Origin: Octopus vulgaris
Taxonomy: Eukaryota
Length of the DNA stretch: 64,000 nt
Direction: 5' to 3'
Assembly (NCBI GenBank): GCA_951406725.2
Contig: OX597820.1
Coordinates: 111,290,001-111,354,000 of the forward strand
Both the position numbers and the translations under genes were made by a program. Below the pieces are notes generated by a model. It saw only the letters and a program-made list of their open reading frames with translations. It was not told where the DNA came from and did not search any database. Within the stretch, counting starts at the first letter, position 1. The number at the start of each line of letters is the position of its first letter. Below, in pieces: positions 1 to 14,290 of the stretch.

Positions 1-74
1 AAGTAAAATATATAGACTATGTGTATGTGTGTGTTTGTGTCTGTCTGTCCGTGCGTGTGTGTGTGAGTGCGTAT

Positions 75-1260
75 GAAACCCTGCGCTCATCAGGGGCAGC
101 CGTTATGGAATGAAATATGGTGACTATTCCCTATTGTTGGGGGATGCGTAGGTACATCCGGTTGCTGTGAAAAAGATGATGAAACGAATCGAGCAAGGGA
201 TTGAATTAAGAGTTATGTCCCTTGGTACTCAAACATCGTCTCTGAGGGTGGTGTTGTTGCAAATCGGCAAGAGTTTTCTAGAAAAGAGTTATATCTTTAA
301 AGTTGGTGTTCTTGTGGAAATGGAATGTGTATAGTGGTACTATATGTATAGCTTTTACGGTGTACGGGACATAGTTGGGAGACTGGTAATTATAGTCAGG
401 TATTATAAAATGTACTTCCTTTCGTTTGGGCAAGGATAAAAATTTCACTTCTGCCATTCAGGTAAATGCCTTGGTGTTGGGTGGTCTTTAAAATCGCTCT
501 TTCACCAGCCAAACATAATTTGCACTTCCTATTGTTATTGAAGAACGCTTTACATTTCTCTAGAATCTTCCTCTTAATGCTGTACTTAGTGGTACTTTCT
601 TTCAATCACCATAAGTGCTTGGCCAGGGTTGTATAGTTACGTCACTCTGGGGTTTTGAAGGCGGACTTGTGGTTGTTTTAATAGGTTCTTAAGGGGCCTT
701 CAGTTTCTCCCACATACTTTCGCACATTTGGTTGCCCATTTAGTCTTATTACTGTTACCTCTGCCTCGTATACGACGGTCTCCGTGGTACAGTGGCCGTT
801 CAGTGGACATGTTGTATTACTACTACATGAGCACACCACACCTGTCTCAGGTGTGGACCTACCAACTAAAATCTTTTTTACATTGGTGCACAGCTAAAGG
901 AAATTCTCAGGGTGTGCCTATTAAATATTTTGTTGAACCTATTTGTACGGAGAATTGCTTGTCTACTAAGTTAAGAAAAATGTTACTTACTCGGATTTTA
1001 ACACTTAAAGAGAAGGGTGATGTGAACCACAGCAATTTTCAGTGGCGCTTTCTCTTGGCGTGCCACTAATTCTATTCTTGAAACCACTGGCGGCCAGAGC
1101 TTAATTGTAGTACGGGGCGGCAGCATCAAAAATGTCTTTGCTTGAAGATAGGTTGGAGATTCTTCTACTAATGCCCTTTACTAGGTTCATGAATGAGAGG
1201 AACCTGTGTTGATATATGACAGCTTATTATTTGGCTTCCTAAAGGGTCTATAGGCACCGG
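75..1260 (-). mobile_element. Decayed Penelope-like element, 3' part (RT thumb, linker, GIY-YIG endonuclease)
   Basis: Minus strand, across stops and frameshifts: GAYRPFRKPNNKLSYINTGSSH, ISRRISNLSSSKDIFDAAAPYYN*AL, FNKIFNRHTLRISFSC, KYVGETEGP..NNHKSAF..TTLAKHLW, IKRKILEKC..CKLCL..LNGRSE. These are typical PLE C-terminal motifs. A truncated CTGATGA hammerhead start lies near 85-92 (-). Confidence 0.8.
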
Positions 1261-1267
1261 ACTATAG

Positions 1268-1500
1268 CCTCCTTGATGTGAACCTGAACTTGCAACCCGG
1301 TGCCTATAGAGCTTTTAGGAAGCCAAATGAGAAGTTATAATATGTTAATACAGTTTCCTATCATCCAGCCATACTTTTCAAGAACCTGGTACAGGATGTC
1401 AGTAAAAGAATCTTTAACATATCTTCAAGCAAAGATATTTTTTTATGCTGTCACCCCGTACTACAATGAAGCTGAGAAAACAGGTATTCTGATTGCGTCC
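1268..1500 (+). mobile_element. Second, inverted Penelope-like RT-thumb fragment
   Basis: LLDVNLNLQPGAYRAFRKPNEKL*YVNTVSYHPAI..SKRIFNISSSKDIF..VTPYYNEA; homologous to the minus-strand copy ending at 1260. Confidence 0.75.
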
Positions 1501-1709
1501 GCATACAGGAATTCATCTATATTTGTTTGAACAGACGGCTATGTGAAGATGTTGAAGCCTATGGTCAATCCTTGGCTGGAAAGTTGCTGCTGGAAGACTA
1601 TATAAGTGGCAGAAGAATTCGTCTCCATACCATACCTCTGAAAAGAGTTAGAAGTGGTTGTCAGAGAATTTCTAGGAATTCACCAGCCCCTGCTTATAGC
1701 CTTCTAATT

Positions 1710-1990
1710 CTTTCAATTGTAACCCCATGAATTACTATGTGTGGGGCGCAGTTGAGAAAGACACCAACCGCTCTGCCTGCAACACCAAGGCCGAGCTGGT
1801 TGCCATGATCAAGAGGTGTTCGAAGATCTTCCAGAGTACAGTGAGGAACGCATGCACCAAGGTCCGAAGCCGTCTTGAGGCAGTGGTGGTAGCTGAGGTC
1901 GTCTACTTTGAGTAAAGTGTTATCTTCTAGCTATAGTCTAGCTGATATTTTTTCATCTTTTAAAAATACTTTTATTTTTGGATGGAATAT
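1710..1990 (+). mobile_element. Tc1/mariner-superfamily transposase C-terminal remnant
   Basis: NCNPMNYYVWGAVEK..NTKAEL..VRNAC..RSRLEAVV.AE.VYFE matches the SPDxNPxDYxxWG and C-terminal signature. Confidence 0.7.
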
Positions 1991-2699
1991 TGTGTTTACT
2001 TTTCTTTTTCTGCGAATATCTACAGTATAGCTGAGTTGGGATTCGAAACCGAATCAACATTGTCAAGTAAATGTTCAACTTATTCTTTTCGCCTTTCTGC
2101 ACTCAGACCTTCTCCAGTCATAGAAAAGATCAGAATAGATATAGAGAAGAAATTCTATTGTTCTCAGTTGACTTACTTTAATTAGCAACATTATAAAAAC
2201 ACAAGCAAAAAGCTATCTTCCCCTTTTGGTAACTCGGCGCCAACCAAGTGTATTCGACAGGCCTCTAGTTAAAGAATAATGCACGAGAATAGACTTACTC
2301 TCTTTCTAATTATAAAGGCACTATCATTCTTTCATTCTCTCTAGCAACACAGAGATGAAACTAATTTCCACACAGAATGAACTATGGAACCAGAGTATAT
2401 TTGACTGCAACAAACAAATAGCATGTGTACACAAGCAGCTCGCCGCAGTAATGTATTTCTTATATATTGTAATGACTAATATTAAAATCTATTTAATAAA
2501 TGACCACATTAATAATCAAATAATATTGTTCCTTCAATCATTTCTCCTCTGCATTATGGCATTAAAACTTAGTTGTCGTTACTTATCTTTTGACGCGTGT
2601 CGCTTTATCTCCTCTAGATTTATTGGTAACTCTCTTACAATATTCCACATTATGTGTTTAATTTCCCCTTCGGCTCTTAGGGCTTCTATTACCTGGATA

Positions 2700-3250
2700 G
2701 GCCGTCAGCATGTCCTAGCTTTTTTTCAAAGGTAAATATTTCATTGCGTGGTCGTAGTTTAGTAGTACGGTGCCCCATCGCTGCAACCTGTTTGATGTAT
2801 GTACTGGGATTCCTTTCTTGGATCGATGAATCATTAACAATGGGTGATGGTCTGTTTGTAGTCTAAACCGTCTACCAAGTATAAACCTATGTAACTTTTT
2901 TTATACCAAATATAATCGTCAATGCCTCTTTTTCAATTTTGCCATAATTTTTCTCTGACAAAAGCGTCCTTGAATCGTGAGCTAGGGCCTTTTGGCTGCC
3001 GTCTTCACATTTGTGCAGGAGTACGGTACCTACCCCGTACTCATTAGCATATGTTGCCAGTATCGTTTCCAACTTCGGATCGAAATGTGTAAGCGACAAG
3101 TCTGGAGTTAACATGCATTTTAGTTCCTCAAATGCCATCTGGCATTTTTCCGACCAAAACCATTTTACATACTTGTTTAACAGCTCGTTTACAGGAATCT
3201 TGTGTTATGCATGTTCGGTATATATATATTTGTAGTAGTTTACCAAGCCT
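2700..3250 (-). mobile_element. Ty3/Gypsy pol fragment (RT connection, RNase H)
   Basis: ORF 2887-3138: AFEELK..LTHFDPKLETILAT.A.EYGVGTVLLH..SRTL..EKNYGKIEKEALTIIFGIKK. Confidence 0.85.
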
Positions 3251-3256
3251 AAAAGT

Positions 3257-3451
3257 GACTTTGGAACGTCTACCTTGACGGTAACTCGAACTCGTATATA
3301 TCACGTAACTGACACGGACTCCAATTGAGAACTCGTACAACGACTCTACTACTACTACTGACTTTCTACAACGACTGACTGTCTGACTTTATAGTCGCTG
3401 CTTCATACCACTTTGTCACGTGGGAAAGGGAGTACCATTTTTACTACAACA
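3257..3451 (-). mobile_element. Partial Gypsy LTR (minus copy of 14480-14750)
   Basis: Reverse complement begins TGTTGTAGT and matches the LTR-like block at 14480; it abuts Gypsy pol sequence. Confidence 0.6.
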
Positions 3452-3632
3452 ACGATCCAATATGATCGTGTAATTTACTTGTCATTCTGAACCACTATCT
3501 CTGAGGCTGTCCCATACCAAGTTTTTGCTCCATCCAATCCATACTTGCCACACATCTCCCAATGAATCATTCTAGCAGCATTATCGTGTCCTCCTTCCTA
3601 CTCTGTTTGAGCAGTCATTCACTTTGTGCCAT

Positions 3633-3840
3633 GGCGGCAAACTGTCAGACTCATTAGCGCGTCAGACAAAATACTTAACTGTATTTCTTTCGGCTCTTAA
3701 CATTCTGAATTCAAATTCCACCGAGTCAGTTTTGCCTTTCATCCTTTCGAGATCGATGAAATAAAGTATCAATCAAGTACTGAAATCGATGTACTCGACT
3801 TTCTCCTTTCACTCAAAATTGCGTACTTTTTGCCAAAATT
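3633..3840 (+). mobile_element. tRNA-derived SINE (same family as 40369-40602)
   Basis: B-box-like (g/a)ttcaaattcc followed by gcctttcatcctttcg..gat.aaa.taa.gta central domain. Confidence 0.7.
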
Positions 3841-5125
3841 AAAAAAACTTATTATTATCATTATTGTTGTTGTTACTATTGCTGTATGTTGAAGCGAACG
3901 TACGCCTGTGACAGAGCTTAATGAAAATGTTATCTTAACTGGATTACCTGATGGAAATGTTTTTTGCTCGCTTTACTAAAAGAAGATATTCGGGTTGTCT
4001 GAGATTCCTCTCTATTACTCGGGTAAAAGACAGTTTTTGTCTCTAAATATTTTAAACTGTTAATATACTTTGAACAAGTAACTATTTGTATGGTTATTCG
4101 TGATGCAAAATGAGCTCCGAAGTAGCAAGAAGAGATACTTGCTACAATGGCGATATCTGTAGCTTCAATAACTTCAGCTAACATGCCTTCAATTTATTTT
4201 CAAAAGGGACAGAATTCAAAATGAGATACAGAAACTCAGACAATGCAAACAATCAAATTTAGTTTCTAATTTAAAAACTTATTACACAAACGACGACAGC
4301 AACACCACCAACAACAATAACTAAATTTCATAATTTTTAAATACTGTGGGTCAAAAGCAAAGACCCGATCTGAATCAGGTCAAGAAAAAGACGGAATGGA
4401 CGAGGTGTGAGAAAAAGCTGATATCTTTTTGCCCAATGGGCAAAGGAAAGATCATATACACCATAAGCCTTGGCTGATATTTTGCAGTAGTGTACTTCAT
4501 TAATTGGAACTAAGCAAATGAAAGCACGTCCCTGGTCTTTAACACCAAGAATCAAACCAGGAGACAAGTTAAGCTAGTATAGCACAAACCTGCCTGCAAA
4601 CTGGTTCCATAGTACATGGATCTCAGGAATGTACAGCCAAAGACATGGACCCTTGGCATACTATCATTTGTGCAACAATATGGACATACAATGAGCAGGA
4701 AATGTCCAGCAACAAATATAGTTGGTTGAAATCAGTGTGAAGATCCAGGTTGTGATGAACCTCAAAGACTACAAGGCTATCCAGAAACTATACCTCCTTT
4801 AGGGAGGAAAAGGAGTCAATCATGATGGTGATGTAGGGCAGAAGGTGCAGCTACTACACGCGTATGGTAGTAAAGACGCCAATTCTTCCTACCCAGAATG
4901 CAGTTCTATGGAATCCTTTCCTTGCTCCCATCTTATAAGCTAGTCTTCTTGCTAAAAGCCTGACTTCATATTGTTATCATTTTGGCGAGGCGCAGAGATT
5001 TGTCCCTGGACTGCTAAAGGTCACATTCTCTCCACATTTAATTATAACAGCACTCTGTATAAATTCACAACAATTCTGTGTGCATCTTTATTCATCTAGG
5101 TTCTACTGTTACTATCAGATTATGC

Positions 5126-5165
5126 TTTACTGATGAGGTACATTAACACCGAAACATGTATGGAT
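5126..5165 (+). ncRNA. Minimal type I hammerhead ribozyme motif
   Basis: CTGATGA-GGT-acattaac-ACC-GAAA-catg-TA: intact core, 3-bp stem II, palindromic stem III, weak stem I. Confidence 0.6.
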
Positions 5166-5539
5166 TGTCTCCATACTATTAAAGATCAAACTTACTTCCT
5201 GCTTCATTCCATTTTTAAGCAAAATCTGGGTGCTGTCTCTCCTATTTTTTAACAGAATTAGTCATTTACATAATAATTATTCTCATCACTATGGATGTAA
5301 TTTTAATGAATTCTAATAAAATATATTGCCTTACGAAACCAAAATATGTCAACATTCACTTAATTTATTAAAGATTATGGTAAAGGTAACAAGAACCCAT
5401 TGGGTGTTTTCTCCACTCATACTCCTATCGAGATATAGTGATATGCATACTATATTTAAAAAGTTAACCATCTTTAGTGAAAAGAAACGGATTTGGAAAA
5501 TTTTTCAGTTTCGGTGTGCCTAAAGTTGACGCGTACGTC

Positions 5540-6200
5540 GTTTTTATTTATACCTTGCAGGTTGAAAGGCCTTTACTTAAGGTTGTATCATTTTGATGCA
5601 TTTTTATTTGAAGTTTCTTAAGTGTTCTTACAAAAAGGTATCCAACTCTAACTAAGCCGCAATAGTGCAAACAATGGGAGGTAAGGCAAAGATGCCGTGG
5701 CGTAACTATAGACACAAAGGTTAGGGCCACTCGTAGCTGTGGGATTCCGAAACAGATGAATACTGGATTTTTAGTGACACCATCTCAAGTATTTCTATGT
5801 CTCCTGTGCACTTATATTAGATAGTTGTTGACCTAAGTTGAATTCATCTACCCTTTTGATAAGGCTTATATTTGTTCTGCTAAGTTTCTACCAAACCTCC
5901 TCTCCAGACTAGCCTAGTGCAATGGTGGGGAGCTAAGTTGGTTACCAACGATCCAGGCGTGTAAGATTCCTTTTACTAGATTTTATGATAGCGTAGCATT
6001 CAGGGTAGCTTAACAATGAAGTAGTTGCATAGTCGATTGGAATGAACCTTCACCACTTAATCATGTTATCAAACCAAGAAGTCTGAGACAGTAAGTCAAA
6101 CTCTTGCAGAATTTCGAGCTTTAATTCTAATTTGGTCGCTATTTGCCAAATTTCCAATTTTGAGACAATTTGGAGAGAATAGGGGTTAGGATCTAAAGAA
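5540..6200 (-). mobile_element. Highly decayed RT fragment, probably Penelope-like
   Basis: Faint resemblance to the Y.LPKIHK..RPIVS..SP region near 5920-6000 (-); many stops. Confidence 0.3.
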
Positions 6201-6628
6201 ATATCCGTTATACACAAGAGCCTTGTTTCAGGGTGGGGCACCAGGGGACAAGTCCCCCCACTTTTTCAGGAATGAAGAACAAACCATCATTTGTCCCCTT
6301 ACTTTTTCCCAATTAAAAAACAAAAAAATCCCACTAACAAGTCCTACATATGTATAATACATATTTTCACATGTTTATTTATGTGCATATATTTATATGA
6401 ATATATATAAACCTTAAGTTGCCATCGGTATTGAATTTATTTCGTTCGATATTTACATTCATTTGCTAAAAAGTAAAAAAGATGAATTCGTCAATAATCT
6501 GAATGAGAACATTTTTATATGTATTTGTCTCACTAAGTAAATATAGATAAATAAACATACATTGTTTATCGACTGGAAATGCAAATAATTTTATTTTCTA
6601 CTCTTGAATTTCAGCTGCTTCTGTTTTT

Positions 6629-6690
6629 TCGTAGTATATAATATCCTCAGTTGTTAACATCGTAGTATATAATATCCTCAGTTGTTAACA
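6629..6690 (+). repeat. Perfect 31-bp tandem duplication
   Basis: tcgtagtatataatatcctcagttgttaaca occurs twice. Confidence 0.95.
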
Positions 6691-6799
6691 TCTAAGATAA
6701 CATTTTTCAAGTGAGCTTTTCTGTACATGCAATATATGATATTCTCCTGCAGGCTACCTCTAAGATGAATGACAAAGAGCTCATCTTCGGCCGGGGATT

Positions 6800-8951
6800 T
6801 AAATAAGCATGTCGGGCGGCAGCCCAGTATTTTCTATGGTATACATGGGGACCATGGAATTGGTTCATGAAACGAAGAAGGAACAAGGCGACTGGAGTTC
6901 TGTGATGCAAATAACCTTTTGATCTTCAACACCAACTTCAGGAAGCCAGCCAGCCACCTGATAACCTACCAATCAGGTGACTGTACTAACCAGATCGATT
7001 ACATTCTCACCAGGCAGTGAGATGCATGGTTGCTTTTAAATACAAAGACCCTCTCTGGTGAAGAATGCATCCCCTGCATAGACTAGCCATTGGTAATTTT
7101 AGACTCCAGGCCAAAAGGATGCCAAGAAGCAGACCAATCTGGAAAAAAAAAGAATTTGGAAGCTTAAGGACCCTTCAAGTGCTCAGAGATTTAGGGACAT
7201 CCTAATTGAGAAATTTGATGAAAGCGAGGAGGATTTACAAACTTACGACATAGACGGAAACTGGGAATTCCTACGGGACAGCTTGCTGAGTGCCACAGAC
7301 CAAATCTGTGGGTGGTGTAAAGTTCCAACCAGACCTAGGGTAACGTGGTGGTGGAACGATGCGGTAGACAAGGCTATTAGAACAAAGAAACAGACCTAGA
7401 AAGACTGGAAGAGTGTGGGCTGCAGGGAACTGTATCAGATAGTCAGAAGGGAAGCTAAAAGACAGGTATATCTAGCCAAGGGAGAAGACGAATAGAAGAT
7501 GACAGTACTTTTGTAGATAAAACAATTAAGGATATGAAGACAAAGAAAGACCCTGGTCCATCGGGAATCACCGCAGCGATGCTTAAAATATCTGGTGGTG
7601 TGGGTTATGGTCTAGTTACCTGTATTGTAAATCAGATGGTCCACGGAGGAGTTATACCCAATGACTGGTGTAGCAGCACCACAGTCAACTGCTACAAAGG
7701 TAAATGTGATGTCTTAGATAGAAATAATTACAGAGGTATCAAAGGATCGATGCTCAGTCCCCTCTTATTCATCATAGTCCTCCAGGCAATAACAGAGGAA
7801 TTTAATACAGGATGTCCCTGGGAGCTCCTCTATGCTGATGACCTTGTTCTTTCCTATAGCAAAATCACTACCAGAACTAGAGAAGTTCCAAGTACGGAAG
7901 CAAAGTCTAGAATCTAAGAACCTTAGAGTTAACCTAGCAGAAAACAAAGTCTTAGCAAGTAGGAAAGCAGACATATCACAAATCCCTTCAGGTAGATGGC
8001 CATGCTGGATCTATAGAAAAGGCATTGGTAGAAACTCTATAAGATGTACCCGGTGTAAGCTGTGGATACATAAGAGGTGCAGCAATATCAAAGGAAGGTT
8101 AACAGGGAAACGAATTTTTTGTATGTGGAAGACGCACAGGTACAATAAACGCTGAAAATGTGCAGAAAATAGACTCCATCAACTGCCAGTGGGACAAGCT
8201 AGAGGTAGTAAACAGCTTCTGTTATCTAAGTGACCGAGTTAGTGGTGGAGGTGGATGCTCTGAGAGTGTAACTGCTGGCAATAAGGAGCCTCTCCCTCAG
8301 AGTGAAAGGCAGATTGTATGATGCCTGTGTGCGAACAGCTATGCTACACGGCAGTGAAACATGGGCTGTGACAACCGAGGACATGCGTAGGCTTGAAAGA
8401 AATGAAGCCAGTATGCTTCGCTGGATGTGTAATGTCAGTGTGCATGTACGACAGAGTGTAAGCAACTTGAGAGAAAAGTTGGGCATAAGCGATATCAAAT
8501 GTGGTGGGCAAGAGAGACGATTGCGCTGGTATGGTTATGTGATGCGTATGGATGAGGACAGCTGTGTGAAGAAGTGCCGATCTCTAACTGTGGAGGGAAC
8601 CTGTGGTAAAGATAGACACAGAAAGACATGGGACGAGGTTGTGAAGCATGACCTTCGAACTTTGAGCTTCACAGAATCAATGATTTGTGACCAAAACCTT
8701 TGGCGATATACTGTGCTTGAGAAGACCTGTCAAGCTAAGTGAAATCATAGTCATGGTCGATGCTGGTGTCACGTAACTACGACCCGTCTCGGTGGCACGT
8801 AAAAGCGTTAGGAAGGGTATCTAACCGTAGAAAGCCGTGCCAAATCAGACTGAAGTCTGGTGCAGCCTTCCAGCCTTGCCAGCCCCGGTCAAACCGTCGA
8901 ACCTATCCCATATGGACAATGGACGTTAACTGATAATGATGATGATGATGA
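6800..8951 (+). mobile_element. Decayed RTE-clade LINE (APE, internally deleted RT, C-terminus, 3' UTR)
   Basis: APE motifs (NEEGTRRLEFCDA, NQIDYIL); RT motifs (GPSGIT, NYRGIK fused directly to GSMLSPLLFII, LLYADDLV); Cys-rich CxxC..HKRC; KGRLYDACVRTAMLHGSETW; RRLRWYG; (GAT)n tail. Confidence 0.9.
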
Positions 8952-8956
8952 TTGTG

Positions 8957-8958
<2 letters not shown>

Positions 8959-9022
<64 letters not shown>

Positions 9023-9034
9023 CATCATCATTAC

Positions 9035-9097
<63 letters not shown>

Positions 9098-9112
9098 CAT
9101 CATCATTACTAC

Positions 9113-9191
<79 letters not shown>
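8959..9191 (+). repeat. (TA)n plus long (ATT)n microsatellite
   Basis: Direct inspection. Confidence 0.95.
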
Positions 9192-9194
<3 letters not shown>

Positions 9195-9612
9195 TAGTTT
9201 TATTTTTATAGCGTGCTTTCACTTCACTACCGAGCGCAGCTCTGTGTGCCTTGGTATGCGCTGTGATTTGTTGTGATGCTCTGATGGTTATTGTATGGAA
9301 AGTGTTCTGCGTAGGATGTGTGCAGTGCCTAGTAGTGCAATTTTCTGTATGTTATATGTGTTTGTAAGTCCTGGTGTTTTTGTTATGTATTTGTCTGAAT
9401 ATTTTTTATCATGCCTAATGCACCTACTATGATTGGGATTATTTCTGTTTTTAGATTCCACATTCTGGTTACCTCTATTTCCAGGTCTTTGTATTTTAAA
9501 AAGTTTCTCCATTTCTTTTAGAGACACGTTGTCATCTGCCGGTATTGATACATCAATTAGAAAGCATTTTTTTCTTCATGATCTCTGACAACTATATCTG
9601 GTCTGTTGGCCT
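9192..9612 (-). mobile_element. 3' end of an RLE-type (R4/Dong-like) LINE inside a (TAA)n tract
   Basis: RPDIVVRD..KCFLID restriction-like endonuclease motif and IQKIALLGTAHILRRTL C-terminus; (TAA)n on both sides. Confidence 0.8.
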
Positions 9613-9615
9613 TAA

Positions 9616-9718
<103 letters not shown>

Positions 9719-9742
9719 ATTAATATTATTATTATTATTATT

Positions 9743-10296
9743 GAGTGAGAGAGCAGTTCATGCCATCAAAGTGACACTGGGGTAAAATATATGAAGCCCA
9801 ATATACCCATCATGACTACCCGTCTGATAAGGGTACACCAGGCACATGCATCACAACCATATGTGCGCGACATGGTGATCTCATATCAAGATAAACAGCA
9901 CATGACCTTGCAGGTGGGGCCCAGTTAGAATTTTCTTCAGGTTGAGTAGCCCATCCCGCTCAAACGGTCCCTGAATAAGGGTTGTTTAAGGATGTTGAAA
10001 GAACCACCCATGTTTCCAGGGGTGAACTACTCAAACCCCAAAGAATCCCTCTCAACACATGGCTATGATGCTCCCCCACTACTTCTGCTCGTGATCAGAG
10101 ATGCACATATCGTCAGCCACTAAGGGACATGCTCAACTGGTTAAGGTCAAACAACTGACAAGCAAATCTGTGGTATTGAGCAGAATATTTGCTGTAGCCC
10201 ATCTTTTATACCAAGACAAAACAATGTACATGATAACACTTCCAATCAGTTAAGATCAGAAGCCATGAGAGCCACTGCCTGGTACTGCATCAGGGC

Positions 10297-10298
<2 letters not shown>
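9743..10298 (-). mobile_element. About 555-bp non-coding element flanked by (TAA)n on both sides
   Basis: Complex sequence without an ORF, sharply bounded by ATT repeats. Orientation is inferred from the TAA tail. Confidence 0.55.
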
Positions 10299-10342
<44 letters not shown>

Positions 10343-10345
10343 GTG

Positions 10346-10389
<44 letters not shown>

Positions 10390-10805
10390 TTTTTCTTGTG
10401 ATTTTCTTGTAGGAAAGGACGGGAGAGACACCACCCCATTTGCCTTTTGATCAACAAAATTATTTAGTATTTTTCATATTTACCATATGCCCACAAACAC
10501 GTGGTTGACGTTTGCGATCAGTAAAATACCTGATTCTTCCCCGTCTTAACGATCCCGGATACAATAATGACTCATACACACACACACACTCGCACAAAGG
10601 CACGCACACACACACATTACACACACACACACATACGCACAAACGCACGCGCACACACACACACACAAACACAAACACAAACACAAACACACTCACAAAC
10701 AAGCGCGCGCGCACCTGGTGGCCAAGTGCTTGAGACAAGAAACTTCTAAGTCATTACACTTGCCACGTAAGTTCGAATCTCATCCATGTCGGTGATATTT
10801 TATAA

Positions 10806-11665
<860 letters not shown>

Positions 11666-11668
11666 ATA

Positions 11669-12160
11669 CGAGGCTCGGCTAAAGAATTCATTGGCTAATT
11701 AAGACACACTCATGGAATGTGACCAAATGAGGCTCATTTTTTTAACATAGTCCCCTTTGCAGTCCACACACTTCTTTCATTGGTGATGCAGTGCTTGAAT
11801 GCCATTGAAGAAGCTTTTATCCTGCTCATCAAAAAAGTCATCAACCGCAAATATGACGTCATCATCACTGTCATATTGATTCCCGGCCAAGTGTCTTTTC
11901 ATGTTGGGGAACACATGATAGTCAGACAGAACCAAATCAGGAGAATAGGGAGGGTGATCAAAGCCACACTCACTCACAGATGCTATTGAAACCAAGAACC
12001 TGTGTGCTTGAGTAATGTCTTGCTGAAACAAAAGCCTTTTCGTCAGTTTCCCAAGGCGTTTGGTTTTGATAGTCTTTTGTAAGCACCTCAGCAAGTTGGC
12101 ATAGTACACTCCATTGATGTGTAGCCCTTTTGAAAATAGTCAATAAACACATTGCCTTTT
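11669..12160 (-). mobile_element. Mariner transposon, 3' half (catalytic C-terminus and TIR)
   Basis: KGNVFIDYFQKG..INGVYYANLL..HPPYSPDLVLSDYHVFPNMK; TA|cgagg terminus at 11667-11673. Confidence 0.85.
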
Positions 12161-12237
12161 TAAATCCTTAACTCCTTAAAAATGTTTCAGCCCGAAGGCA
12201 GCGGCCATGCTGGGGCACCACCGTTGAATGAGCTACA

Positions 12238-12535
12238 CTAGTATGTGAAACCACCTCTGATACGTGGCACTTGATCAACAAGGGAGTTCGATGCCGCTGG
12301 CCGCATCTGTGATTCCTGCCGAGAGGTAGGTTCATCTGGAACCCCTGACAAGAAGTGATCCATTTTAGTTTTAAAGAAACCCACATCCACACCATGCAGG
12401 TCTCTCAGGCATTTAGGAAGGACATTGAAGAGCTGTGGTCTTCTGAAACCCAAGCTGTTGCAGTATCTGGTCCTGTATTTTGATGGTGATGTTGGGATCT
12501 TTGGCACCATGCAGTGGCGCCCCGTTCTGCTGTTG
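12238..12535 (-). mobile_element. CR1/L2-group LINE 3' fragment
   Basis: NSLGFR.PQLFNVLPKCLRDL..FKTKMDHFLSGVPDEP..AASNSL is a typical LINE ORF2 C-terminus. Confidence 0.65.
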
Positions 12536-12559
12536 AAATTTTTTTTCACAAGAAAATAA

Positions 12560-14290
12560 ACAATTCACGCGGACAACGTCGAAAAATTTTTCACGTGGAG
12601 AAATTAAAAACGCAACAGAGGAGTAACAAACATTGCTGTTGTACATGTTGTACGAAAAATCCGTAAAATTATGGAAAACTTGTTAGAAGGTCTAATTGAG
12701 TTGCAAAAATAGCAACAACAAGAACAACTAATGAAGTTGGTAACAAAACTGAAAAATACGTTTTCGGCAGTCCATGTAATAAAATTCAATAAATGAATTT
12801 AAATACGACCCGGAAGAAGGAATCACTTTCCAGGCATATTACCGAAGATTTGAAGAAATTTTCCAAAAACAACGCCAAAACTGGACGGACGAAATGAAAA
12901 CCCGTCTAATTCTGAGAAAACTGGCGACTTTATATTACCTAAAAAAGTTTCTGACATAAATTTCACGGACGCAATTGACATTTTGTGTAAGATGTTCAGT
13001 GAAAAACATTGTTGTTCAATACACGTTGGAAGTGTTTGAACACTGAAAAAAGCGATGACGAAGACTTTACACCATATGTGGGTACAGTGAACAGAGAGTG
13101 CGAGAGATTTAAGCGGGAAAAACTAATTCCAGACCCGTTCAAGTGCCTGATTTTTGCCCAGGGACTTACTGCTAAAAAGGACACAGAAATCAGAACAAAA
13201 ATTCTCGCAAAGTTGGAAATGAACCAGGATATAACTCTCCAGAAACTGTCAGAAGAGTGTGATATGATATTAATAGTAAGGCACAACACAGTAGAAATCC
13301 AACGCAGAGATTATTTACAGATAAAACCAGTGGGGAAGAGTCGGAAAATGGATAAAATGTTTCACAAAAAATACGATATGCAACAGGAGATAAACCCATG
13401 TGTGACATGCGGTGGTAAGCACCTGAGAAAAGAGTGTCCGTTCAAAAGAGCAAAGTGGGAACACAGGAAACATTAAATCGCACTGCAGAACTAAGATGAC
13501 GAAAAACTGGACCAAACGAGAAAAATGTCATCAGAGAAAAAAGTGTGTACAGCGTACAGAAAATTCATCAAGGTGGGAATCGAAAGCACTAAAGTCAATA
13601 TGAAAAAACATGGCAACAAATCGGTATGCCGAAATTATTTAAATCAAATTAAGTAGCATATGGTGTTACAGGAACGAAATTATATTTCATTGGCGAATGT
13701 ATTTGCAATGTAACTTTTCTAGGTGAAACGCAAAGGACAATCATTTATGTGTTTTAAAAAATCACTAGACCTATTTGGCACAGAAAGCATGGAGTTATTT
13801 AAAATGTGGGATACCTCCATTAGTGTTCTCTGTGAAAATGTAGTCAGCACGGGTAAAAGTTCGAATGAAGTTAAACAACAGAGACAAAAAAATTTTTTAA
13901 TTGTTTCCCAATGTTTTTTTTTGTTTTTGTTTTGTTTTTTGTTGTTTTTTTTTAAGGATTAAGCTGTTACACTAAAACAAAAGCGAGGATCGTGGTAAAA
14001 GAAAAAGCAACCCCTTTTTCTATGCCCAAATGGAAGGTGCCGTTTGTGGCGTTGGATCAGGTCAATAAAGAGCTAAAAAGTCTAGATATAATTAAAAAAG
14101 TCGACCATTCAGACTGGGCAGCTCCGGCGGTTTATGTAAAGAATAATTATTAAGCTGAAAAAAAAACGCTAAAGAGGAAAGAGGAGTGAATAAAGGCAAA
14201 TAAAATTACTTGTTTCCCAAAGAAAAAAAACAGTAAATAAAAGGAGCGATGTTGCAGTGAAAATGGTACTCTCATTCGCAGGTGACGCTA
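12560..14290 (+). mobile_element. Decayed Ty3/Gypsy internal region (gag, protease remnant, RT start) with PPT and truncated 3' LTR
   Basis: FKYDPEEGITFQAYYRRFE, LFNTRWKCLN, FKCLIFAQGL..IRTKIL, knuckle CVTCGGKHLRKEC, VDHSDWAAPAVYVKK. Purine tract aaaaggagcga precedes TGTTGCAGTG at ~14250. Confidence 0.85.
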
